Source: Hydrolagus colliei
Taxonomy: Eukaryota
Assembly (NCBI GenBank): GCA_035084275.1
Contig: CM068749.1
Location: 18,910,001 to 18,974,000 of the forward strand
DNA length: 64,000 nt
Direction: 5' to 3'
Shown: piece after piece, positions 45,049 to 58,100 of the stretch
Layout: each line of letters opens with the position of its first letter
How positions within the stretch are numbered: the first letter of the stretch is position 1
Made by a program: the position numbers and the translations under genes
The notes under the pieces: generated by a model
The model's database searches: none
Seen by the model: only the letters and a program-made list of their open reading frames with translations
Told to the model about the DNA's origin: nothing

Positions 45049-46768
45049 GACATTAAGTTTTATCTATGCAACAGGTATTTTAGTATTGCATTTAAGAATG
45101 TTTATATGTAATCTTGGATCATGATATACTTTAGAGTTTCAGTTTTAATAGCTAATCTTATCTGTTTCCTCCTACCATATCTAATTTAAAAGCTAACCAG
45201 TGAATTCCTGAGGGCAGCAACTAATCAAAGAAGCCTAATTCATTGGTTGGCTTCATCTGTGAATCTCTCACAAAGCCTGCAGTACTATGGCTAATGTTTT
45301 CTTTTCTCGTTTTGCATTACTGTACGTTCAAGACACTGTTGTTGCTTTCTGCACTGATCTCCCTTATGCAGGCCTCACATTATCCTGTTTCACTGTGTCC
45401 CAATTGTCTCAGCAAGGGTTTTCATTCCTACACAGTGTGTTTGTTTGTTGACTCTCAGTAGGTGCCATGGGCTCATATCTGGAATTGTTTTCAGCGTCAT
45501 TTCTGGGATTACATCCAAGTTTAACTAAAAAAACAAAATAATAAATTACATTTCCCCCTCTACTTCTAAACGCTATTTCATATATACTTCCTGGCTCCCC
45601 ACCTTCTGTGCTTCCCGTGACCCTGTTGTAATAATCAAGTGAATCTAAACTGAAGTTGCTGGCTTCACTCCCCTAACTATTGAATCTAGAATATTTGGCA
45701 CCCGAACTAAATTAGGATTTTGAAAGGAAAGCTTTTCTCCCCCACCCCACTTTGACTGGCTCCCCAAGGATTCCATAAACATGTTGAATTGGAATCTCAT
45801 TACTGAATACAGTCAGATGAATAGACCCTTTGAATCAATCTTCCACAATAATGCCATGTTCATCTGTTAATTTAATCAACTAAACACGAGATCCAAATTT
45901 GGGAGTCTACTAGTAATTCGGATACTGAGCCTGTCTCATCTGATTGAAAGTAAGTTAACTGGATCGGAAATTGACTGATCAAAGTACACCCTGTAGATCT
46001 GATAGATTACATCAGGTATTTGGCTTAATACAAATACTTTTCTGGGCTGTTAACACTATATTTGTGCATTACAGTTGAATTATCAAAAAACATTAACTTA
46101 CTTGCACACCTGATGTAAATCAGTTATCAATATTGGATATCACATTAATTTTATAACTGGTGGAAGATATAAACCATCTGGAAAATGATGTAAAATTGAT
46201 ATACAGTACTAAATTGGAAATTGACCTGTACACTATAACAAAAAGATTGAACAAATCACAATTGATTCAGATCTGAATGGGGCAGCATTAAATTATATTT
46301 GAGTGCAGATTGTTACGATGCATTTTATTAAGATAATATGCATCCCTGAAAACTAAAATATTAATCTCCTAACTAGATTGAGTTTGTTGATAGGTTAGCA
46401 CTTTTTAAAAAAATGTTGGTGCTCTTTTTAAGTTCACAGGTTATTTTTTAATATATTATTTATTTTAATATTTTCATTTTTGCATTTGCCTCAATTTGTC
46501 TTGAAAAATTGACAAGAAAAAAAATTCAAAAGCTTGCGATGAGTTACAGAGCAATAATTTGACAGTTTATGGAAAATGCAAATCAAGCACATTCAATATA
46601 TAGTTTGGCTTAATTTTTCTTCAAAACATTTGGACTTTTCATGCTATTATATATGTGATGCAAGTGCACTACGGAAATAAATATAGTTAAGGAGGAACTG
46701 AGTATTACTGAGTATTGCTTTCTCAACTGTTATAGAATCACAAGTTTCAAGGAACAAAATGTACAATA

Positions 46769-46774
46769 TTTATT
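46769..46774 (-). terminator. Candidate ARHGAP29 polyadenylation signal AATAAA
   Basis: tttatt on + strand, 1.5 kb past the stop codon, followed on the minus strand by T/GT-rich ttttgttccttgaaacttgtg. Other AATAAA hexamers occur near 47840 and 47960. Confidence 0.55.
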
Positions 46775-48264
46775 ACAATTTAGTGCCATACAAAAGGCTA
46801 CGGTTCAAAATATCCAGTTTGGCAATTCTGTAAGATAACAGTTGGATACAATCGATAACAGTAGGATACAGGACAACTAGATCTTAAACAGTGAGTATTA
46901 GCGACATTTACCTCTCCAAAAGCACTTCCTAAATACAAATAAAATATTATACAGTTTACACTCATTAAAAGTGTAAAACATCATAGAATAAACAAGGTCA
47001 ACCAAACCATGTTCTTACGGTTCTTTCATTCAACACCTTCATAAATTAAACAGTGGATCTTAATTACAAACGAAAAATGAACAGGGATATTGGTGAAACT
47101 TCCTATAAATGTACAACGCAGATGTAAATGGCCAAACTAACAAACATTTAACGGTTATAACAAATACTGATGTCGCTCACTGTTCAGTTATACCTTAGTC
47201 AGGAAATTCCATGGGTGAAGTAATTCAATGAAAATAATTACCAGTACAAAAACACAACATGAAAGGTACATAATTATTCATATTTGGATAGTAATCATTA
47301 ACTTGTATAGAATATATATAATATATATTTTATATACACACGTGTGAACAAATATAAACCTAAACTTGAATAAATTACACAACGTTTTGCAAAGATTAGG
47401 AAGTTTTTGAACTCATTATAATTGACGTATAAGAATTAATATATTTGCTGTAACATATTTTAGTGTATCTTGTGTACAAAATAATGTAAGAAATGCAAAC
47501 ATGTGACAAAACATAAATAATCAACAGATGCACAAATTAAAGACGATGGAATTTCTAATTCACATTTTAAGAGATGGAAAGCTTAATATGTGCATCATTT
47601 TGGTCACTGACCATAATATAAAAGTAACAAATAAAAGGCTACAAAAAGGCCTTTAAAAATTCACCTTGGCTACAACACATGGGACGAAACAACATTAATA
47701 GGAATAATTGTCATGGTTTTATGCAATATGCCTTGTAGGACTTATGCAGGTTTGAAGACTGATACAGCAAGCTTGGATTGCACAACTAAGAATGGCAACT
47801 GAGGGTATGAAGCCAATAATATTTTTCTCCCACTAAAGCTTTATTTCTAGAAGTGTTAAAAAAAACCCTACAGCCTCAAAGCTTTGAGATAATGCAAATA
47901 CCCCACCCTACAAAGTTAAAAAAATTCTCAAAATGTGTTTACATCAGGATATAAAACAATTTATTGGAAATTAATATAAAATTGTATCAGAGTCTAATCC
48001 AACCCCCTGTCTTTTACTATTAATCTCTACAATATAAAGAAAACATTTGTTTGCTTGAGATAATTTGAATTAATTTACTTCAAGCTCCACCTATATGGTG
48101 TAGATATGCAGACTGTTCTACTTCTATAAGGGTTTTGCATTTCCATTGTATTTGTTATGGCACTCTTTCCTCATAGAAAAATAAAACTTTATAATTGTAT
48201 TAAATCACAAACTTGAGATACTAAACAGTCAGTTACACTTCTCTAAGGTTCAGATAAATTGCTG

Positions 48265-49166
48265 CTACACAAAATGTGCTTCTCGGTGTTCATATTCTGG
48301 TGGAATTCGTTTTGATCGCGGTCTTTGAAATGTTAGCTTGTGATCTACTTCAACCTCTTCTTGTGCTGTATTTTGTGTAGTCTCAATTTCCTCATCTACG
48401 TTGCTGCGCTTTTCATTTTCCTTTGCAGGAATTACTGTCCCAATATTATTTTGTACAGACATAAAGCTATTGTCTAATTTTGCTTGAGGTTTAGGCAAAG
48501 AGCCTGCACTCTGCTTGATGGCAGGAGGTTTGTAAAAAGTGCCAGGTGGAGGCTGCAAGGTTCTTGGAGCACGGAACGCAGAAACAGAGGCAGTCTCAGA
48601 TAGGTTCCCATCAGTCTTTGTGGTCCTTCCAGGTCTACCAGGCACTGTAGATAGCTTATTAGGAAGCAAACTGCTTGCAAAGGCATTGCCAGAAGTATAG
48701 GCTAAAGCTGGTGAGAAAGGAAGGTCACTGGTTTTGTTTTCTGGAGGAACATTTGCCATAATCATAGCTGTCTTTTGAGTTATGTCATAAACTTTACAGT
48801 GCTTATCCCACGTCCTACGCATTGGCTGAATATCGTAGTATGAATGTCTACAACATGTGTTTGTATGACCTTTTGACTCAGAGGCTTCCTCAATAATAGG
48901 ACTCCTTTCAATGGTGTCTGTGTTACACTGCCCTTTTGAATTTTTGTCATTTGAGTAACAAATCAAAGATTCAGAAACAGGTAAGCTTGTAGGTCGAGGC
49001 ATGAATGGCTTTGTCCTGGGCGGTCGCATATTAACTTTAACATGCGATTTACTCGTTTTGTTAATTAGTGATGACTTGTTTGATTTCTGTGCTTCTGAAA
49101 TTTGTGCACTTTGTAAGTTCTTCAAAGGTCCAACAGGTTTCTCTGAAATCTGTGTGACCACTGCAC
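48265..49166 (-). CDS. ARHGAP29: ARHGAP29 last coding exon
   Basis: Low-complexity tail of about 300 aa with PRTLQPPPGTFYKPP; ends QRPRSKRIPPEYEHREAHFV-TAG. Confidence 0.92.
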
Positions 49167-52100
49167 CTGAAATGTTACAGAACAGGAATGCAGTTTATCA
49201 TTCAGAAAAGCTCATGTTAAAGGAACTATCAAACTATTGTAACCTAATGAATCTTTTTGAAAACACAGTATTAAGGCATCAGTATTTTCAAAATGTAAAA
49301 CGATTTTAACATTGCCAACAATCAAGAAAACGTGAATTTAAGATAGTTAGCGTGTTGGCTTTTGATAGCAAATACAGTATCACTATTTTGAAACAACTAT
49401 TTATGTAGATCCATTAAAAATACCAACCTGATGTACTCTCTTTTCCATTCCATTGGGGATCTTTCACCACATCAAAAGTATCACGGGAAGATGCCATTTC
49501 TGGAGAATCAGACTCACTTCCAGCCAACCCAAAGCTCTACCAATGTTGAAGAATAAAGTAATTCAGAAATGTGATTGCTTCTCAATAAGAGATGAAAATG
49601 TCTTCACCTTCTAAATACATACACCTTTAGTTTTCCATCAATAATAACCTGGTAAAATCATCTATGAACATACACCATATTACTGTACGTTTAGATGAAC
49701 AACAACAACTTACATTTATAGAGCACCTTTCACGTCGGGAGGATGTCTCAAGGTGCTGAACAGTTAGGTCGGGACCCGAGCAGGGGTGGGAAGGGGTCGA
49801 TAAAGAATGATTTTTAGTTTATGAAGGACATGTAATTTAGAGGGTGGGGTCAATATAAAATCACCTCCCACTTTTCAATAAAATAAATTCAGTGTTGGGT
49901 CACAACACTTTTAAGATTTCTTTTTAGATCAATTCCTTAAAATGTATTACAAAGTTCACAGCATTATAGATGGAAAAGAAAAAAAAATTGTATCACAAGC
50001 ACCACCTTTGGTATGACACACTTACTACTTTGCTAGTTGATTGTAGCCTTTCATTTTCACTTAATCCTTCCTCTGGTGAAAATACCATATTTTTGTCTTT
50101 CTCTTCCAAAGGACATCCCTTTTGTAAAGGAGATGATGGAGTTGATGAAGAAAGAAATATTTTATCAAAGTAGGTTATGAGAAGTTCCACTGTTTGAGCC
50201 TGGTATGGATAATCAACGAGAGAAGACAAAGACACAGTAGCATCGGTCTGTCTTGGTCGGAGAAGAGTTGGCCCAAAAATGATTCCAAGATTGCTGGCTG
50301 ACATTTTATTTTCTTCGGCTTGCTCTGCCACCCTATCAATGCAAAAAAGGAAAAAACACACCTTACCCAATTTGTTATTTTTGGAGGAGGAAAGCAGAGG
50401 AAAATTGGAGGGACAAAATACTTTCGTAGTTCTTTTTTTAAAAAAATGATCACAGCATAGAAGTATTACACTGGAAAGCAACATTATGACAACATTACAT
50501 TTATAGAGTGCCTTTCACGTTGGGAGGACGTCCCAAGATTACCTAAAAATTAGATTTTAAAATCTAAAAGCGGAATGTTAAAACATTGGGTTGGAAAGTA
50601 TTTAAATTCTATAATACTGTAAATATTAATCCACTGAGGTAGCCTCTCTATTGTTCATTCAGTTATTAATGCACATTAGCAAAGAACAATAAAAGGGGTG
50701 CTAATCTTCTATCTTTACAGTTTGCATTAGATGAAATTAGAGAGGTTGAAGAGTAGCCTATTCCTTTGCTAGACAAGTTACTGAAGTACCATATAAACCA
50801 TCCTGGATCTGGAAACATCAAAGGTGAGCACTCAGACAACATGACAAGACAGTATCAACAGATCAAGATCAATTAATTTGTACCATATTGAACAGTGTAA
50901 TCAGGAATGCTACTTTATATATTATACCCATTTCCTTTCTCACTTACTTGTGAAGATGATCAATGAGATATTGCAGAGTCTTATAGTTGATCCGTGGCAG
51001 TTGCCGAAGTAAATCTTTCACTTTGAAAATGATTCTGACGACGTTAGTTAAACAATTTTTTTCTGAAGTTGGACTGTTTGGTTTCCCATTATCTTCATCA
51101 TTAGCACTGTGTCTTTCCTTGGCCAAGCCAATGAATTCATTGTAAAGGCGGAATGATATCAATGGTTCTGGAAGCTGTTGCAAGTGGACAGATAAAAAAG
51201 GTTGCATTTCAGTACAGTAAAATCTCAATAATCCTGCACGATTGAGCCCACTCACCTCCCGAATTTTAGAAATTGCAGGTATTTAGAATCTACCCTAGAA
51301 ATGGCTTGGGATGCCCTGTCCCATACACCACGTGACCTGTAAACACAGCACTGAAGCCAAAAATTGCTCAACCTCCACCCACAGCGCCAGATGACAGAGC
51401 AGCAGCATCAGCAGGAACAGCAAGCAGCTGTTCTGAATTTTGGGGGATTTGCCGGACATTGGAAAAAAATTAACGCTGTATGGATTTTGAAATCTTGCCA
51501 GTTTTAGGCAGTTGCTGAATTTCGGAATGTCGGATTATCGATGTTTTGCTGTAATAAAGATCAAATATTAATTTATGCATGAATCTTGCATTTAAATACC
51601 TGGCGGAGATATAGTTTGAGTACATTGCTGATATCATGAGCATATAAATCGGAGAGTTCCACCAAATCCTTCCCATTTTCAAAAGCCTGGCACAGCTTTT
51701 CAACTCTTGATTTTGCTCCATTCACACGATAGATACCCTATAAAAAAATTAAGAGATAGTTATTTTTCTGGTAAAATACAATTACTCAGTACAGCTGTAC
51801 ATTACACACCAGAATACTATGTTGTCAAAATGTAATTTGGACACTGTCCTTTTTTGTGAACATTAGACTGATTAGCAATAGGTGATTTTGACTGGTTTAG
51901 TTTCAAAAATGTGTTAATAATTGAACTGTAAATTCTCCTGTTGCAGAAGGTAATATATATATATTAACCAATTACCAACTTGACTTCCAAATGGTAAAAC
52001 AAGATTTTATTCAATATGCTTTACCTTTTAAACAATATGTACAATCTTAAAATGAAGAACATCTGACATTGTGTCACACATAGCATAGTTTTAACAGATT

Positions 52101-55100
52101 AAATGGTTCTCTACTTATTTGGGTGGAAAAACAGGAATCACAAAGGTACTCAATTTTTGAATTAAACAAATGCAAGATCTATTTCACATTTCAGTTTAAC
52201 AGTATAAGGTATGCAACAATTTAAAAAAATACATTTTTAACTCAGAATTATTTATATATTTACCTTTATGTTTAGGGCTCGGCTTTCAATCTCAGAGGTG
52301 CATTTTTTAATAATGAAAGGAATTCCACCAGAAGAATTTTTTGCAGTTTGAGTAAAATCTACCCCAAACAAGTGTAGTCGACCTAGGAGTTTCTTATGGC
52401 CACATTGAATTGCCAGAGTCTCAAGACATTTTTTGTGGCAAGCCAATGTACACTGTAAATTAGAATCAGTGGTCACAACATTAATTCACTTCAAAGCTTG
52501 ACACGTTTACTATTATGAATCTAACTGTTTTCCTTCAGAGCATTGTATAAGAATATTAATCAAAATCTCCTCAAATTTGGGCTTGGCTAACTCCAAGTGG
52601 TAAGTGAAGGATAATGAAATCATGAGGAAAGAAAAAAGGCCACCTATTTTAAACATTATTTCACTACATTGAATATTATGCATATTCAATATCCCTCCAC
52701 CAAATGCAAATAATCCCAAATCTCTGCAGCTCATGTCCTCTCCCGCAACAGGCTCTGTGACCCCATCACCACCGCCCTCGCCCAGCTGCATTGGCTCCCC
52801 ATCCCTCAGAGGACAATTTAAGAGGACAATTCAAGATGGAGTCTTGTAGCTTAGTGGTTAGAACACTTGCCATACACTCGTGAGACCTGTGTTTGCAAGT
52901 TTCCTTATTCCACATGCCTGTTAATAATCCCTCAAAAAAATTGGTCGTTTCAATCCACGACGACTGTTTGTGGGAAAATGCTGTGCGCAATTGGATGCCA
53001 CATTTTGCCTACAAATACACAGTCAATTACTTTACAGTATTTTCTGTGAAACACTTTGAGACGTCTAGAAGACGTGAAAAGCGCAATATCAAATGAAAGG
53101 ATTATTATTATTAAACTGAAAAAATATATTTCGCTTATAGTGCAGGTTCACATGCTGAAATAAGGAAGTGTTGAGTTGTTGGATTGGCTCAAAGGTATTT
53201 TGCACACTAAGACAACAACAACGTGTAACTCCTTGGAATCCTTAACAGTGGCAGAGATTGACCCCAAACTATAAAGGTAGGCACGGACAAAGAGGAAGGT
53301 CTTCAAGTGTGAACTGAAGACAGGGAATGAGTAGATAAAGCAGAGGGACTAAGGCAGAGAAACGAGAAAAGTAATTTGGCTTTAGTTGAAACATTAGACG
53401 TGGTGGAAAATAAACTTTTCTGCAACCCCCACAATAGCAAAATGTTTGCTAAAGTAAATCTCCAGATTAGGATAGATTTGTAAACCCAAGCAAACATAAC
53501 TTTATAATTAATTGTGTGCACAATTTTGCAAATTATTGCAAGAAATCAAATTATTCTTTATGAAATGAGCAAATGAATGTGATAAATTACAATCTCAAAT
53601 TATAGATAAAGAATCCCTTACGTTACCTAATAAAGAACTTTGAAATGTTGGTTAAGGATTTAACTATTCCTACATCATAAAAGAACTCACCTCTTCACAC
53701 TCAGCTCCATGGAACACAACAAGGCTGTCACATTCTCTACACTTTGATGGTGCCCGTAGCTTTCGCAGCTTGTGTGTTTGTGCTGCTTTGGACATGACTG
53801 TATTACGGAAAGGCCCTGGAGAATTTGGCATCTCTGCAACATTGTCATTTAAGCCTATGGTACAAATAAATGGAACACAGTATAAACATTATACGGTTTT
53901 CTTAAATTATAATTTTTTTATGCAAATTGTACTTTCAAGGGGGAGCCTCAATAACAATAAAGTGAATAGGATTTTCTTCATCCTTTTCACTAAAATATTA
54001 ACCACCATCAAAATATTGTGTTTCTAAATGATATGGATCTCAGGAATTTATGGTGAATTGATAATATATTCTGAATTCCTGTGTTAATGTTTGCATTCAA
54101 GCCGGTGGGAGGGCAAAGTAGCGTAGGGAAAAACGCAGTTGAAGAGGGAAAGCTGGCGTTGTTGCACTGTAAAACAGAAAATAAATTGTAAATGTGGTGT
54201 ACTATATTATATACACACCAGGGTCTGAAGGGGATGGTGGCTCTCTTTCATCCAAGTCATCTGCAGAAGACATTGTGCCTGTTGAGGGTGTTCGGGGCAA
54301 CCTTCGTTTAAAATCACCTGTCACATCCAGAAAATCCACACATTATTTACACTTAACCTAAAGCTGATCTTTGGTTACACTGCACACCTCATTTCCAGGA
54401 TTTCATACTATTTCAAACAGTATATATAAAATTATCTTTTCTGGAACAGCAATATGCCATATAATTAGTCAACTAGAAGGGCGAATGCCACTCAGCAAAT
54501 CCTAGTGCACTAAGGTTGTTCATCTGAAGGATTATTTAACCATTTTATAAATACGAAAGGTCTTGGTTTTATACCTGGGCTGGCAGAGGGAGAATCCATG
54601 GAGCGTGATTCACTACTTCCACCGGCACTTTCTGAATCACTGCACATGCCAGTGCCCTGCAAACCCAAGGGCCAAGCTCTAAATGGGCCCTGACCCCGAA
54701 GTACTGCAAAAGCCACAGAAAATAATTTTCATGACACACAACTAATAATACAACTGGCCATGTCACCTTTTGAGCATACAGGTCATCTCATACAAGGTTA
54801 TCTGACAACTATTGCCCATTATTGAAATGTAAATGCCAAATGTGTGTCGTGACCTGCAGCATTGGGATATCAATGTTCAACACAATAGAATAACAGTGGG
54901 TTAGGTTAACATTATGACTTATCGTTTATCAGCACTCTAATAGAGCTTAATAATAAGCCCTGCATTTGATATTGCGTCCAATTACGTTGTCAAGAAGTCT
55001 CAGTCAGAGTGCTTCACGGGATATACACTGTAAAGTTGATTATCTGTATTTTGTGGGAAAAACACATGGCTAACAAAAAGGGAAGCAAATTCAGGCTAGG

Positions 55101-58100
55101 AAGAAAAATACTTCAAAGAGATTAAACTGATTAAATAGATTAGAGATAGTTGATGGTCCAATTAACAGATTGAGAGATCCTATTAACAGATGGGGTTGAC
55201 AAAGAGCAAATAGATGGTCCTGGTTGGGATCCCAAATAGAACCTGCCAGGAAAGGGTAGGATTATACCCATACAGGTACAATAAAAATTATGCAATGGTT
55301 CTTCAAGGAAAACTACTTTAGTAGATAATTTACACAACAAAAAAAATGGGATTCTTGGCTAAAAATCTGCAACAAGCAAGTTACGTCTAAATTTAATTGT
55401 GCAAGATATATTATAATAACTATTTATTTGAATGGCAACATTTTTGTTTAACATTGTATTCAATAGGATCATCAGTTTCTTGAAATTACCTTGTATATCA
55501 CTGCTGCTATTTGACCGCTTCTCTACGATATTATCTGGCCTTACATGAAAGGGACCATCAACATCAGACGGCTGAAAATTAAGGTCTCCTGATGTGGCTG
55601 AAGTTTGTGACAAATTTCCTTGGGATGAATGGGTACTACTTGTTGTTCTCTTAATAAGCCTACAAAAGGACAAAAAGCAACTTAAAATAGTCGTGATCCA
55701 GCAAAGAGGGAGAAATTCCCATAGTATGAGCCATTTAACTCCAGTTACAATTTAATCGTAGGTTTCTATCAATACTATCTATAATAAAAGATTACAAGGA
55801 TCAGCATAGGAATAGACCATGTTTTAAATTTTTGGCATTTTTTTTGCTTGACATCTCTTACCTTTCCTCAGCCTTGCTAAACCAACTTTAGTTCAGGTAC
55901 TCAATTTGCAAATTCTCAACAGTTCCAGTTCACCATAGAAGACCAACTATGGTTTACTCTAAGCTGGTTCCTGCTCCATAATTAAGGACCAGCACTCAAC
56001 ACTTACCCTCCAGCCAAAGGAACAGAAGATTCAAATAAGTATTGTCCCATAGGAACTTCCTCTGTTGGTAGGCTCTTGACAAATTCGGAATACTGTTGCC
56101 CTGGTTCATACAACTTGGTATTTTCACAAAGAGATTGATAGTTAACAGGAAGGGATACCACTTTGGCATGCTGCATTTGGAACAAATTGACAGTCACCTG
56201 AAAAATAGAATTTGGTGACATTTTAAGATTTAAATATCATTTCAGCCTAATCAAACACAATTTAAAATATTTTTTGTAAACATATCATCAAGTTCTACTC
56301 ACAAAGCCCCAATTCTTAATATCTTTATCTAAGCTATAAATTTGACAGCAAGACCCATGATTTACTGATCCTTACTGATTTCAAGGTGAGATCACACTGA
56401 TAGACTAGTTCACGTAGTTGTGTCAGTATGTAACTTTTGACATTCTCCAACTCGTTTCGTTTTTCATTAGCATCAGATATGCATGTTTTGTAATGCTCCC
56501 CAGCTTCTTCAGCCTGCAACATAAATAATTTATGTCAAAACAAAGAGACCTACAATTCTACAAATTTTACACACAATTGTCCCTGCTGACCTAATAATCG
56601 ATTGACAGCAAACAAACCTGCAGTAATTGCTGTGCCAACCAAAATACTAATATGCTGAATGAACTTAAAATAGGTACTTGTGCTTCAAGTCTTCAGTTTA
56701 CAGTAGGCTCAGGAAACATTCAGACATGATAGAATTTAAAAAAGAAAGATTTCACTCAACACAATAGCATTCGTTGTTTCTGTGCTAACCACACGAAGAG
56801 ATATATCCAGCATAAGATTTTATGCATACACAATATCAACATTTATCTATAGTCTCAGACATTCAATATAAAATCATGTGCAACATTCTTTAAATTTAAC
56901 AGCAAGAAGTATGACTACCGTAGAGAATATTCTCAGAATTCTCAAAAGTTTTGTTATAATTACTTTTTGTAAAGCTTCTTCTTCCAGTTTTCTCTTTTTC
57001 TCACGTTGCCGGTTATAATTTCCAACTTGTCCACCATTTAAGGTCAAATCTTCTTCTGCTCGGATTGTGGAAGATTTTGCCTTCTCATATTCTTCTCGTC
57101 GCTGAACGTGTAATAGTTTTGCTTTTCTAAGGGTTGAGTCTGCTTCCTGCTGCAAATCACATGACAATATTTTTAAGATTTCATTTTTTTGAACAAGCAG
57201 TGCCAGCTTGTTTCAACTTCATCATCGAGTCAATAGGATGTGGGCACAATCTTACCAGAACCCGAGCTCAATCTAGGCTAATTTTACAGTGCATTACTGA
57301 GGGAATACTCAAGACCTATTTCTCTGTTGTGTTAATGTTTATTGGATCAACGTTAAAGATCCATTAGCAATTTTTCAAAGAGCAGTGAGTTTTTCTGATG
57401 TTCTGGCCAATATTTTGCCATCATGCAAATTCAAAGACAGATTAATTGGAGATCATCTTTAAATCAATTTCCAGCCATTGATGGTGCAGATTAACTACCA
57501 AGTTTGCCGAGATAGACATTTCATTGCAACTCACTGTATCAAGCACTTTGAGACATACTAATGTAATAAGACTTTACATCAAATACAAATATTATAATGC
57601 AGCAAATAGTAGATGTCAGTAAAAGAGGTCAGTAATTATAGGAATGGTTATTATAACTACAGAGCATAGTACCATTTTTCTTTGCTCTCGTTGCCACTGT
57701 TCTTTGATTTCTTTACGTTGTTTGTCCAATTCATTTCTTCGCAACACAAGAGGCTGCAAAAACAGAATTTCTTTTTTTTACAATTCATCCTCCATAAATT
57801 AAAAAATTTGCAGAATAAAATGATTAATTCAAATGCTGGATAGAGCAAGGTTGTTATAGTGCAGGGTTGTGTTGAGGGGGTACAGAGTGGTAGGGGGGAG
57901 GCTGAAGGCACTTTTGAAAAAGAGGATCTTGAGTCGGGCCTTGAATGAAGGAGGCAAGGGAAGGAGCGAGGCGAAGGGATTGTGGGAAAGAGTTCCAAAG
58001 TGTGGGGGCAGAGGGGCTGAAAGCTTGGCCACTGATAGGAGAGCTACAACAACATAATTACACTTGTATAGCGCCTTTCACGTCAGGAGGACATCCCAAG

